Positions 1-9,428 of a stretch of 63,144 nt of DNA are shown in pieces. The notes beneath the pieces are model-generated. The model saw nothing but the letters and a program-made list of their open reading frames with translations. It was not told the origin of the DNA and did no database searches. The stretch covers positions 1 to 63,144 of the forward strand of contig JBGTHM010000090.1 in assembly GCA_041746255.1 (NCBI GenBank). The letters are read 5' to 3'. Within the stretch, counting starts at the first letter, position 1; the number at the start of each line of letters is the position of its first letter. Source of the DNA: Fibrobacteria bacterium. GTDB lineage: Bacteria > Fibrobacterota > Fibrobacteria > UBA11236. A program made the translations under genes and the position numbers.

Positions 1-137
1 CAAAATCCGTACCCAAAGTGACCGGCAATGAGTAACTTCTAATCGGTTGAAATCCGGTCCATGGTGACCGGCTATGACAAGGGTGGCTGTCGGTCACTTT
101 GAACCGGATCGCCCGGTCACTTTCACCGGATTCTGCA
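1..137. mobile_element. Terminal region of an IS21-family-like insertion sequence (body lies outside the window)
   Basis: Read inward from 137 on the minus strand: TGCAGAATCCGGTGAAAGTGACCGGGCGATCCGGTTCAAAGTGACCG. TG end plus tandem ATCCGG-N-AAGTGACCG boxes (91-108, 113-130) and two more boxes in the opposite orientation (about 4-27, 51-72), as expected for multiple transposase-binding sites at IS21 ends. No transposase in the window. Confidence 0.7.
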
Positions 138-256
138 CTAGTTTGTATTTTAACGCGTTAATGGCCTTAAAGCAAGGAATTTAACCAGGGAGAAGGCAAT
201 GCGGACGAGGAGGCCATTTTCCGCGATTTCAGCCTGATGCGGCTTCCTAACTGGAC

Positions 257-287
257 TTTTCTAGAAAAATGTAGTATTTTCTACAAT
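257..287 (+). promoter_or_regulatory. Putative promoter/operator of the TA operon
   Basis: Palindrome TTTTCTAGAAAA (257-268) and inverted repeat TGTAG-N6-CTACA (270-285) overlapping a TACAAT -10-like hexamer (282-287) just before ATG 292. Confidence 0.45.
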
Positions 288-291
288 AGTC

Positions 292-561
292 ATGGAAAAA
301 GAAATCCAAATCTCGGCGGTGGTTTCCAGGACCACCAAATCGATGCTGGAGCGGCAAGCGCGGGCCAGCGGCATCAAAAAAGGCCGCTTGGTAGAAGATG
401 CCTTGCGCCACCACCTGCTGGCATTGCAAGAGCTACCCGCCGACGTCATTATCCACCCCAGGCTCGTAGTGACGACCGATTCCGGCAAGACCATCCTGTC
501 CCAGATCGAGACCGGCAAGGCCAATGCCGCGCTCCGCGATTTAATGCACGATGGAGATTAG
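292..561 (+). CDS. Ribbon-helix-helix antitoxin (DUF1778/AtaR/TacA-like)
   Basis: 89 aa; N-terminal beta strand then helices (IQISAVVSRTTKSMLERQA); C-terminal ANAALRDLM like DUF1778; overlaps the downstream GNAT gene. Confidence 0.75.
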   Translation: MEKEIQISAVVSRTTKSMLERQARASGIKKGRLVEDALRHHLLALQELPADVIIHPRLVVTTDSGKTILSQIETGKANAALRDLMHDGD

Positions 562-1069
562 GCGGCTTCAAGCCGAAGACGACCGCTCCCAGTTCCAATC
601 CGGCCACCCGGAATTGGACCGTTTTTTCCACCAATACGCGGGGCAAAACCAGTTCAAATTGCACATCGGCGTGACCTATGTGGCCGTCGAGGGCAGCCGG
701 ATTGCCGGTTACATGACAGTCGCACCGGGCCATATTGAAATCGAAGACTTGCCGGCGTCTTTGCGCAAGAAATTGCCTGCCTATCCCATACCCGTGCTAC
801 GTTTGGCCCGCTTGGCCGTGGATCATTCGGCGCGAGGACGAGGTTTTGGAAAGGAATTGCTTCGGCATGCGCTTCGGCTGGCCGTGCATATGGCACAGGA
901 TTTCGGATGCCCGGGAGTTCTCGCCGATGCCAAGCCCGGTGCCGAAAACTTCTATTCGGCTTACGGGTTTGTTCACATGGAGGCCCTCGAAGGCGGGTCG
1001 GATGCCCGCCCGCAGCCAGTAACGATGTTCCTCTCCATGAGCGTGATCATAAGGGCCATGTCTAATTGA
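551..1069 (+). CDS. GNAT-family acetyltransferase toxin (AtaT/TacT-like)
   Basis: FQSGHPELDRFF, PYPIPVLRLARLAVD, acetyl-CoA motif RGRGFG, FYSAYGF. Confidence 0.85.
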   Translation: MEIRRLQAEDDRSQFQSGHPELDRFFHQYAGQNQFKLHIGVTYVAVEGSRIAGYMTVAPGHIEIEDLPASLRKKLPAYPIPVLRLARLAVDHSARGRGFGKELLRHALRLAVHMAQDFGCPGVLADAKPGAENFYSAYGFVHMEALEGGSDARPQPVTMFLSMSVIIRAMSN

Positions 1070-1157
1070 AGTCAATGCCTCTCGGTCTTTTTGAGGGCCT
1101 GGTTGGCACCCTACTTTTTCGTTTTGGCGACCAGGGACTTTGTTGCCGGGGGTAGGC

Positions 1158-1398
1158 TCATACCCTCATCACCGAATAGACGGCAATGGCCTCCAGAATC
1201 CGAAACGTGGTCCGAGTGGTATTCGCCAACGATTCGGAGGTAATAGGTGCCGGTGCCTTGCCCAACATTGCATCACGAAACGCTGCCAGATCAGTGGCTA
1301 AACCCTTGTCCATACCCGAAGACTTGTACTTGCTCTTCTTCCCGTTTCGGTTAAAAGTAGAGACATAAAAATCTTCGCAGGATGATTTGGTGCATCAT
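1158..1398 (-). pseudogene. Internally deleted remnant of a bi-domain (Zn-dehydrogenase/Gfo-Idh-MocA) oxidoreductase
   Basis: Frame 1394-1158 reads EDFYVSTFNRNGKKSKYKSSGMDKGLATDLAAFRDAMLGKAPAPITSESLANTTRTTFRILEAI...*, resembling this family's C-terminus. An out-of-frame start MMHQII overlaps the hisF stop (TAATG) and resembles the family's MKQII start. Confidence 0.6.
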
Positions 1399-2189
1399 TA
1401 AAATACTTGAAACTTTTCGACCGCTTCTCGGATTAACTTTTCCTTTTCAATTGGGTTGGGGTAGTTAATTAGGACGGCCTTGTATTTGCCTTTGAACACG
1501 AACAAGCTGCCCGCTGCCGCTCCGATAATCCCATGCCGCCGAATAAGCTCGCTGATATCGGCCAGGGAACTTGCCCCGCCCAAAATCGTAATCGGGATGC
1601 TGACGGCTTCCCGCACCGCCTCGACCAAGGCGAAATCATATCCCTTCATCATCCCGTCCTGATCGATGGAATTGAGGACAATTTCGCCAGCGCCTCGGGC
1701 TTCCATTTCCCTAGCGAATTCCACGGGTTCCCGCTTCGAACTCCGCTGTGCGTTTTGTGTCCAGATATCGTATTTTCCACCCAGAAATCGTTTTTTAACG
1801 TCCAGAACCACGACCACGCTTTGCCTGCCCACGCCTGCGGACATCCGGTCGACCAGATCGGAATCGTCAACCGCCGCCGAGCTTACAGCAACTTTTTCTA
1901 CGCCTAACGCAAAGATACGCCTGGCCTGCTCCGCAGTCTTGATTCCTCCACCGTAGCAAAGCGGCATTTGACATTCCGCAGCGAGGTTCTCAATCATTAA
2001 ATAATCCGGCTCCCGATTTTCCGCCGTGGCATCGATGTCAAGCACAATCATTTCGTCAACTTCTTTTTCATTGAATATTCGGACGGCGTTGATCGGATCG
2101 CCGACATACTTGGTATCCTTGAATTGGACCGTTTTGACCAAACCCTTGTTACGGACCAAAAGGCAGGGAATAATACGGGGACTTAACAT
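1398..2189 (-). CDS. hisF: HisF-like cyclase subunit (WbuZ/AglZ type, glycan acetamidino modification)
   Basis: RIIPCLL, VKTVQF, YVGDPINAVRIFNEKEVDE, SIDQDGMMKGYD, AAAGSLFVF; located in a glycan operon. Confidence 0.9.
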   Translation of the reverse strand: MLSPRIIPCLLVRNKGLVKTVQFKDTKYVGDPINAVRIFNEKEVDEMIVLDIDATAENREPDYLMIENLAAECQMPLCYGGGIKTAEQARRIFALGVEKVAVSSAAVDDSDLVDRMSAGVGRQSVVVVLDVKKRFLGGKYDIWTQNAQRSSKREPVEFAREMEARGAGEIVLNSIDQDGMMKGYDFALVEAVREAVSIPITILGGASSLADISELIRRHGIIGAAAGSLFVFKGKYKAVLINYPNPIEKEKLIREAVEKFQVF

Positions 2190-2803
2190 GTGAGGGATCC
2201 GAAATTTTTGAGAAGCTGCACTCCGTCATGGTGGCTTTTTTCGGGGTGGAACTGCACTCCGAAAACATTTCCTTTGCTCACCGCTGCGGGAAACCGATCG
2301 CCGTATTCTGTTTGCGCGAGGGCGTCATCAGGATTTTGACACTGGAAATAGTAAGAATGCAGAAAATAAAACCGGCCGCCATCTGGTACATCCCGAAACA
2401 AGTTATCACGACGGAGCGGCTCGACGGTATTCCAACCCATATGTGGCAAACGGGTTTTATGTTTGAGACCGGACCCATCGAATTTTCGAACCTCCCCCGG
2501 TATCCATCCAAGCCCCTTGGATTTCCCTTCTTCGCTGGAGTCAGCCAGCATTTGCATCCCTACGCAAATCCCCAGGATGGGGATTTTGCGCTCTAAGACC
2601 AGCTCATCCAATACCGCTCGCATGCCAGAGGCCTCAAGAAGTCGCATGGCTTCGTCGAACGATCCAACCCCAGGCAGGATGAGGCGCGCGGCATCCGCCA
2701 ATTCATCGCGACGCGAAGCGATACGGCAGGGCATGTTGAGGCGCTTAAATACGTTAGCGAAGGCGCGGATATTGCCGAGGCCGTAGTCGATGATTGCGAT
2801 CAT
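2183..2803 (-). CDS. hisH: HisH-like glutamine amidotransferase (WbuY type)
   Basis: IAIIDYGLGN, ILPGVGSF, GICVGMQ, PHMGWN, QFHPEKS; start set at ATG 2803, which overlaps the upstream stop (ATGA). Confidence 0.92.
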   Translation of the reverse strand: MIAIIDYGLGNIRAFANVFKRLNMPCRIASRRDELADAARLILPGVGSFDEAMRLLEASGMRAVLDELVLERKIPILGICVGMQMLADSSEEGKSKGLGWIPGEVRKFDGSGLKHKTRLPHMGWNTVEPLRRDNLFRDVPDGGRFYFLHSYYFQCQNPDDALAQTEYGDRFPAAVSKGNVFGVQFHPEKSHHDGVQLLKNFGSLTC

Positions 2804-3990
2804 CTTTTCACGGACCTTTCCATACCCGACCATTTCATGACTCGACTTCCGATAGAAAAGATATACTCTTGATTTTTATAATCGGAATACTTTTTATTCG
2901 GGGAATTGAAATAGGCTTCCAATGCGGAAGTCGATATTCCCAATTTCGTAGATATATAGGATTTTTCATGCTCAATGGCCTTCGGGTCATAGGCAGGAAT
3001 GGATAGCCTTTCAAGAGCTTCCTCTCTGGACATTTGCTTGGTCAAAATCAGACTGGAATATTGAACTTTCCTTGTGTCATAGCCGAATTTTTCGGGGAGC
3101 CAGTACCCTTCGTAAAATTTCGTGAACCTCGATTCAAAATGTTTTTGAGGATAGGGCTGCCAACCGTATTCCCGGATCAACAGCTCTTCTGCTTCCCTTT
3201 TGTCATATGGCAGGTAATTTAAAGGTTTGACTACCTTAATTTTTTTATAATATCGCAGATAAATTTTATGCCAGAGAATTCCGCTCAATGGATAGTTAAT
3301 AAGGGGCCGAGTTCCAAACCGGCTATGGATGTCCCGAATATAGGGTATATCGGTTCCGTGATATATCCATTCAAGCGGATTCCTGACGCATTCCGTTGCA
3401 TAATTTCCTCCATTCAATATGAATCGTATTTTGTGCTTGTTGGCAAAATGGTACATCGTCGATACGAAGGCGTGATCCTGGGGGATGTCCAGATTAGAAA
3501 CCCCAGCTTTGAAAAAAGCAAGTTGCAAATCCTTCATTTCTTCCCAATCAATCACCTCGGTATAGAGATCCAATCCCAATTTCTCGACTATCACCTCTAT
3601 ATTATTTACTGCCATTTGGGAATTCCAGCCCCCGTCAACATGAAAGACCAGCGGCTTAAGTCCCAACTTTGTTACAGCAAGGTGAGCCAAATAGGAACTG
3701 TCTAGTCCGCCGCTCAATCCCATGATACAGTCAAATTCTTTTCCCTCGCCGCACTTTTTAATCCTCTTGACTATCCTTTCAAGTTCAAGGGAACCTTTTT
3801 CTTCGGTATGCCAATTCGGAAGCACGTTCGTATAAAAATCCTGGCAATGGTAACAAATCCCGCTATCATCAAAAGTTATTTTGGAATCGGTAGTGTCCAT
3901 AACGCAATTTGAACATCGTTGATAGGCTTTTACACTAGTCATCTCGGTTTCTATCTGTTTCTTCTTTTCTATATCAGATAGAAATTTCAT
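2800..3990 (-). CDS. N-acetyl sugar amidotransferase (WbuX/WbpG family)
   Basis: CSNCVMDTTD, CYHC, PP-loop GLSGGLDSS, KHFESRFT; followed by hisH/hisF paralogues. Confidence 0.9.
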   Translation of the reverse strand: MKFLSDIEKKKQIETEMTSVKAYQRCSNCVMDTTDSKITFDDSGICYHCQDFYTNVLPNWHTEEKGSLELERIVKRIKKCGEGKEFDCIMGLSGGLDSSYLAHLAVTKLGLKPLVFHVDGGWNSQMAVNNIEVIVEKLGLDLYTEVIDWEEMKDLQLAFFKAGVSNLDIPQDHAFVSTMYHFANKHKIRFILNGGNYATECVRNPLEWIYHGTDIPYIRDIHSRFGTRPLINYPLSGILWHKIYLRYYKKIKVVKPLNYLPYDKREAEELLIREYGWQPYPQKHFESRFTKFYEGYWLPEKFGYDTRKVQYSSLILTKQMSREEALERLSIPAYDPKAIEHEKSYISTKLGISTSALEAYFNSPNKKYSDYKNQEYIFSIGSRVMKWSGMERSVKR

Positions 3991-4949
3991 TTTTTGCACC
4001 CTACCACAAGCATCTTGTTTTTAACAGGAAAAATCAATAACGAAACCTTCACGATCGGCAAAATCAATCCTACCAGAATCTTGGATTTAAAAATCTTTTC
4101 CAAGTAAAAACTGTAAGGGAAGGAAAGCTCATGGAATTTTCTCAGCTCTACGACTTCCAATCCGACACTTTGGAACATCGATTTCATTTCGTGTGTTGAA
4201 AAAATCTGCTTGTGTCCGAATCGATGAGAGGAGTACATCGCGTTCAAAAAAGTGGGGAAACGCCCCCTCGAAAGCTTGTATGTAATTTCCCCGATTTTGT
4301 GATATAAACCGTCACGGCAGGGTGTATCGATGAAAATGAATCCCCCCTTTTTCAGTACCGCCACTGAGGCCTTCAAGGTTTCTCCGGGGTAATTGACATG
4401 CTCTATGACGTCCCACAACGTCACCACATCCATGGCACCCTCGTATTGCTCCCAGTATCGGGTCTCTATTGTCCTTTTAATGATTTCTAGTTCATGACGG
4501 CTTCGTGCGTAGGCCGCCCTTGAATCGGACAGTTCCAACCCCAATGTCCTCGCCCCCATTATTTTGAGTTTCGAAAGGAAAAGGCCTCCACCACAGCCAA
4601 CATCCAATATTCTTTTTCCTGTGACAGGTATATATGATTGGATTATTTTCGTTTGACTTTCGAATCGTTCCGCATTCGACTGAAGCATATTTTCTATGTA
4701 TACCAACTCGTCTTCGGTCAATTTCGAATCATCTATTTCCTCTGAAATGTTCCCTAAATCATCTAGATAGTCTATATAATGATAGCCTCCGGATGAAACA
4801 TACACGTTCGCGTTTTTCAACTTATACTTTAAAACTCCTGACTTTGTTTTCTTTAGTGTGTCAACGTCCTCAGTGACCACCAACCCCCCCGATTCTTGCA
4901 AGCCATTTCCTACAGGATTCAAATTCGTTATTTCTCCGCGCCCTATCAT
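3987..4949 (-). CDS. Class I SAM-dependent methyltransferase
   Basis: ILDVGCGGG, DVVTLWDVIEHV, LKKGG; start uncertain. Confidence 0.85.
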   Translation of the reverse strand: MIGRGEITNLNPVGNGLQESGGLVVTEDVDTLKKTKSGVLKYKLKNANVYVSSGGYHYIDYLDDLGNISEEIDDSKLTEDELVYIENMLQSNAERFESQTKIIQSYIPVTGKRILDVGCGGGLFLSKLKIMGARTLGLELSDSRAAYARSRHELEIIKRTIETRYWEQYEGAMDVVTLWDVIEHVNYPGETLKASVAVLKKGGFIFIDTPCRDGLYHKIGEITYKLSRGRFPTFLNAMYSSHRFGHKQIFSTHEMKSMFQSVGLEVVELRKFHELSFPYSFYLEKIFKSKILVGLILPIVKVSLLIFPVKNKMLVVGCKK

Positions 4950-5056
4950 ACTTTATCCTTCCGGATTCATTTTAATAAATATCGTCGGATCAAAAAACCT
5001 CACTTCCACAGCTTGCGCCATCACATCCCAATCCCGGGCACTCCATTAGTATTCCA

Positions 5057-6943
5057 CTAAATCGATTTGGCCTCCAGCCAGATTTGCTGCATTAACAACG
5101 TGAAAAGAACATAAGAGTGATCCCGAAAGCCATTGAAATGCTCTTTAACAATTCGCTCAATTTCCGAAGCGTCGAATATTCCCTGCCGCCTTATTCTTGA
5201 GCTTTCCAGATAAGATCCAAGCAATCCATTTTTATTTGTCATCCAAGCACGAATCGGAAGACCGAAACCTGCTTTTTCACGATATATGACTTCGCGGGGA
5301 AGATACGACTCCATCGCTTTTTTGAATATGTATTTCCCTTGCCGACCCCTGACCTTCATTTTCACGGGAATCGAATTCATCAAACAAACAAGGTCGAAGT
5401 CAAGAAAGGGAACTCTGGTCTCTACCCCGACCGCCATGCTTAATCTGTCCGTATAACACAGATTCAAGGACATTAAGTCATAATGATGATCGAGCAGCAT
5501 CATGGTTTCAATTACCTCTCGACCTTGAAAAGATCTATATAAATCAAGGAATTCGGCTCCGATTTGAAATTGTTTCCCATCCAAAAAAAGTTTCGATATA
5601 AAATCTGGGGCAGCCCATGTATATAATCCAAGCATGCGAGCATCCGAATTTTGCCCAGCCAAACTCGCTAACCGCTTAAGCCTCCGATTGATGGAGTTGA
5701 ATCGTCCGGGAAGCCTCTCCGGGAGTAGTCCACCTGCTTTTGCCAGTGTTATCCGCAAGGTTTCCGGGATAGTCCGTAGCATCTTTTCCGCCATATAGCG
5801 ACGGTACCCGCCTAAATATTCGTCCGCCCCTTGCCCTGACAACATCACCTTAATCCCATTGTTTCTGGCGCCAGCACAAATCAAATAGGTATTTATTGCG
5901 GCGGGATCAGAAAAACCATCTTCCATGAACATTTTAATTTCGGGCAAAAGGTCAAGCAAATTCCGGTTCGCCGTGATTACCTTCAAACTCAACCCCAGCT
6001 CCCGCGCCATTAACGACGCGTAGTACGAGTCATCACTTTGTGCGTCATGCCTAGAATCCTCCCCTTTGAATGATATGGTATAGGCATCTTTTAGGTTTGC
6101 TGCGTTTTTAACTGCAAAATAAGCGATTGCGGAGGAATCCAGTCCACCACTTAGGAAAAGTGAAGCCGGTACATCCCCCATGAGTTGCCTTTTGACTGCC
6201 AATTCAAGAGCCTCTTTCAGTGCTTCGGCGGTATCATCCTCGTTTAATCGAAAAGTGACCCCGCCAAGTCGAGAAAACAATTGCCTGCTTTCCTTAAGGC
6301 GTCCATTATGGTATATAAAGCATATACCCGGTATGATCTTACTGATTTCCTCAAACAATGTATGGGGTTCAGGTACATACATGAAAGCCAACTGCTCTCC
6401 AAGCGACCGGAGCCTCAAGGTCCGTCTCAGGAATGGATACACCAATAAACCCTTCATCTCGGAACAAAAAAAGGTTCCTTGAGACTGCTCCGTCACAAAC
6501 AGTGGTTTGATTCCCATTGGATCGCGCAGGACATAAAGAAGCTTTTCGGATTTGTCGTAAATGGAAATGGCGAAGATTCCGTTAAGACGCTCCAAAAATG
6601 AAACCCCCTCCCGTGCAAAGCCTTCCAATACCACTTCAGTATCGGTTCCGGTTTTCCATTCAATACGACCATGGCGCCTTTGCAAATATCCTTTGAGATC
6701 TATATAATTGTAAACTTCACCATTATACGAAATAACGTAACGTCCGGATGCATCTTCCATTGGTTGACGTCCCGCCGATGAAAGATCCAAAATGGACAAA
6801 CGAACGTGCCCCAGATGGCAATCTCCGTCCTTTGATACAAAACTACCCTGATCGTCTGGGCCACGATGATTTATTTCCGTCAAGGAACGAACGATTGGAA
6901 ATGACATACCAGAGTTAGAGGATATAGCGAGAATTCCGCACAT
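5057..6943 (-). CDS. asnB: Asparagine synthase-like amidotransferase (glutamine-hydrolysing), likely glycan amidation
   Basis: N-terminal MCGI, HRGPD, RLSILDLS, NGEVYN, LSGGLDSS, SGQGADE, RVPFLD. Confidence 0.92.
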   Translation of the reverse strand: MCGILAISSNSGMSFPIVRSLTEINHRGPDDQGSFVSKDGDCHLGHVRLSILDLSSAGRQPMEDASGRYVISYNGEVYNYIDLKGYLQRRHGRIEWKTGTDTEVVLEGFAREGVSFLERLNGIFAISIYDKSEKLLYVLRDPMGIKPLFVTEQSQGTFFCSEMKGLLVYPFLRRTLRLRSLGEQLAFMYVPEPHTLFEEISKIIPGICFIYHNGRLKESRQLFSRLGGVTFRLNEDDTAEALKEALELAVKRQLMGDVPASLFLSGGLDSSAIAYFAVKNAANLKDAYTISFKGEDSRHDAQSDDSYYASLMARELGLSLKVITANRNLLDLLPEIKMFMEDGFSDPAAINTYLICAGARNNGIKVMLSGQGADEYLGGYRRYMAEKMLRTIPETLRITLAKAGGLLPERLPGRFNSINRRLKRLASLAGQNSDARMLGLYTWAAPDFISKLFLDGKQFQIGAEFLDLYRSFQGREVIETMMLLDHHYDLMSLNLCYTDRLSMAVGVETRVPFLDFDLVCLMNSIPVKMKVRGRQGKYIFKKAMESYLPREVIYREKAGFGLPIRAWMTNKNGLLGSYLESSRIRRQGIFDASEIERIVKEHFNGFRDHSYVLFTLLMQQIWLEAKSI

Positions 6944-6944
6944 A

Positions 6945-8150
6945 TTATACTGTAGATTCGGCGCTTTCCGCGGCTTCGATCAAAAATGACCAGGTTTCTT
7001 TCGAACACCTTTCCCAGGAGTATTGATTACCAAGGGCTCTTGATCGCATAGTGATGGATTCACGAAGTTTTTCATCCTCAATAATCGACTTTACCGCATT
7101 AGCAATAGATAATGCATTTTCCGGATCAAAATATACTCCTCCATCTCGCAGCACTTCCGGCATTGGGCCTCGATTGGAACATGCTATCGGTAATCCGGAA
7201 ACCATTCCTTCGAGAAGGGTAATTGAAATTGTTTCGCAACTGGATGCGAAAATAAACATATCCGACGCCCCCAATACCTCGGGTAATTTCTCATGAGGTA
7301 CATGACCCATTTTTTCAACGAAATTTAAGTTTGGATCGGAAATTTGGATTTCCCGATCAAGAAGTCGCATCGCCTTTCCAGTGCCTCCTCCAGCCAAAAT
7401 CAGTTTCAGGTTGTATCCACGATCAACAAGGGATTTTATTGCCTTTACTACAACCCATTGGTTTTTATACATAGCTATTGTGGATACGTATACACAACGA
7501 ATCATTTTGTCACAACCGTCCGGCCAAGGACGGGGCTTGGATTTATGGAATTTCTTGTCGATTCCATGGGGAATGATCGCCCTTTTATTCAACCGTCCTA
7601 CATATTTTTCGACCAAATCTGCTGCATAATTGGTTAGGAAAATCACGCCACTCGCCTTACGCATGGACCTATTTTGAACGAACAACAATAAAATCAACCG
7701 CAGTCGATCCCATGAAAGTCCGAAATGCTTCATCATCCCCTTCTCATAAGAAAGCGCATCCTGACTGAAAACCACCATCGGATGATTGAGGTACACAGTT
7801 CCCGCATCGGAGGAGAATAATATATCGCAAGCAAATTTATGTAACTCCCGGGGCAGTGAGTAGTATTGCCATAACACCTGCCGCACCAAGGATCGCTCCA
7901 GTTCGGGTGGATTATGTTTTACAAGCCAAGGGAATTCCGGAAGTTTATCGAGAAGCAATTTATAGGACCAAATATGAACTTCCCGAATGCCATATGCGAG
8001 TGGATTACACCCGCTAATAAGTCCCAAGATGTGATCAATCGCTCCTCCAGAGCGATTTCGAGAGGCATCAATTCCAATTACTTTCCCCACCCATTTTTCC
8101 TCTGTGAAATAACTAAACCCTTTTACACGGCCGAATAATTTCCGGGTCAT
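6945..8150 (-). CDS. Glycosyltransferase family 4
   Basis: IPHGID, EX7E motif ETISITLLEGMVSGLPI, YSWERC. Confidence 0.88.
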   Translation of the reverse strand: MTRKLFGRVKGFSYFTEEKWVGKVIGIDASRNRSGGAIDHILGLISGCNPLAYGIREVHIWSYKLLLDKLPEFPWLVKHNPPELERSLVRQVLWQYYSLPRELHKFACDILFSSDAGTVYLNHPMVVFSQDALSYEKGMMKHFGLSWDRLRLILLLFVQNRSMRKASGVIFLTNYAADLVEKYVGRLNKRAIIPHGIDKKFHKSKPRPWPDGCDKMIRCVYVSTIAMYKNQWVVVKAIKSLVDRGYNLKLILAGGGTGKAMRLLDREIQISDPNLNFVEKMGHVPHEKLPEVLGASDMFIFASSCETISITLLEGMVSGLPIACSNRGPMPEVLRDGGVYFDPENALSIANAVKSIIEDEKLRESITMRSRALGNQYSWERCSKETWSFLIEAAESAESTV

Positions 8151-8175
8151 TAAAATCCCATGAGCGGAAGAATCA

Positions 8176-9390
8176 TCATTTCTGGATTATTCCTTTTATG
8201 CCTAAAATATACTTATAAAGACGGGTATATATACGATATAGAAGTACTCTGAAACCACTCGGACGCTTTACCCCATCGGTATAACTGGTCTTTGATGAAT
8301 TCAGCAGGCGATAAAATTTAAGTATGTGATTTTGCTTTTTAATTTCTTCATACGAGCATGCGTTCTTTCGTATGCTCGACCTAAAATCTTCCAACAATGA
8401 TTCACTTGGCTGCATAATCCTTTCATAAGCCCCTGAATTTCCATGCTCACGGAACAGCAAAATCTCCTCCAAGGACTCAAGGTAAAGATATTCTTGCGTT
8501 CGAACGCCCCATAAATCATGATAACTTCCTAAACTCGGAACGAAAATCGAGTGGTCCTCCAAGGTTACGCTCCGGCCCGTCTGCATATTTAATAAGGAAA
8601 CTCCGTCCAACTCACCGGCAATGGGCGTCTCCAAGAGCTCTCCCATGGTCGGAAACACATCAATTATAGATGTAATCTCGGATATTATTTTAATATCTTG
8701 ATCGCCTTTTTTATGGACGAACATTACAATTTTGCTTCGATCATCGTTCAGTAAATATGTTTTTCGAGCCCAATTGGGATCATCCAGCAATTTACACCCA
8801 TGGTCCGAAAACAAAAAAATGTAATCGAATTTTTCTATGTCAAAGGTGCGGAATATTCTATCCAAGCCATTGGATAAATGATGATTTCCCCTGGCATCGG
8901 CTATGGCATGGGCATTATAATCGTTCACACAGTCATGGTAGTCCGTAAGATTTAGGAATATAAATATTTTTTCTTCTTGTATTATGGATGGACCGTCTTC
9001 AAGTAAGGCTGAAGTCGATTCGAAATTTTTCCATTTGCATTTGATATTTTCGGGAAATATCCCTACCTCTATGTCGCTATTGGTCAGATTGGAAATCAAA
9101 TTGTAGTTATTGGTTGCAAGCAGATCGAATACGGTTTCGCAATCGTCTTTCAAATAGTATCTTGGCCACTGAATTCGCTTTTCGCAACCGTTATTCTTAG
9201 GATAAAGCCCTGTGTAGAGACAAGCCAAGCTACGTGGAGTATCGGGTGCGGGAGAGTAGCAATTGGTATATGCAACGCCTCCCATTCTATCCATCCAATG
9301 ATCCATTGGAGTAACCTTATGGATATCCGGATTGAACGTCTTTAATCGATTCGCGCGCAGCATATCGCAAAAAAGAAATAATATTTTCAT
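8176..9390 (-). CDS. Sulfatase/alkaline-phosphatase superfamily hydrolase or transferase (Thr at the nucleophile position)
   Basis: ILFLFCDMLRA, APDTPRSLACLYTGLYP, FLFSDHG, SIIDVFPT, LDGVSL. Confidence 0.8.
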   Translation of the reverse strand: MKILFLFCDMLRANRLKTFNPDIHKVTPMDHWMDRMGGVAYTNCYSPAPDTPRSLACLYTGLYPKNNGCEKRIQWPRYYLKDDCETVFDLLATNNYNLISNLTNSDIEVGIFPENIKCKWKNFESTSALLEDGPSIIQEEKIFIFLNLTDYHDCVNDYNAHAIADARGNHHLSNGLDRIFRTFDIEKFDYIFLFSDHGCKLLDDPNWARKTYLLNDDRSKIVMFVHKKGDQDIKIISEITSIIDVFPTMGELLETPIAGELDGVSLLNMQTGRSVTLEDHSIFVPSLGSYHDLWGVRTQEYLYLESLEEILLFREHGNSGAYERIMQPSESLLEDFRSSIRKNACSYEEIKKQNHILKFYRLLNSSKTSYTDGVKRPSGFRVLLYRIYTRLYKYILGIKGIIQK

Positions 9391-9428
9391 TCTATCTCCC
9401 CCACGAACCTCTCCCTACTAAACGATTA

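Noticed and set aside
1398..2803. hisF/hisH as histidine biosynthesis genes
   Set aside because: They are coupled to a WbuX-type amidotransferase in a glycan operon with no other his genes, and have the HisF2/WbuZ-type sequence.
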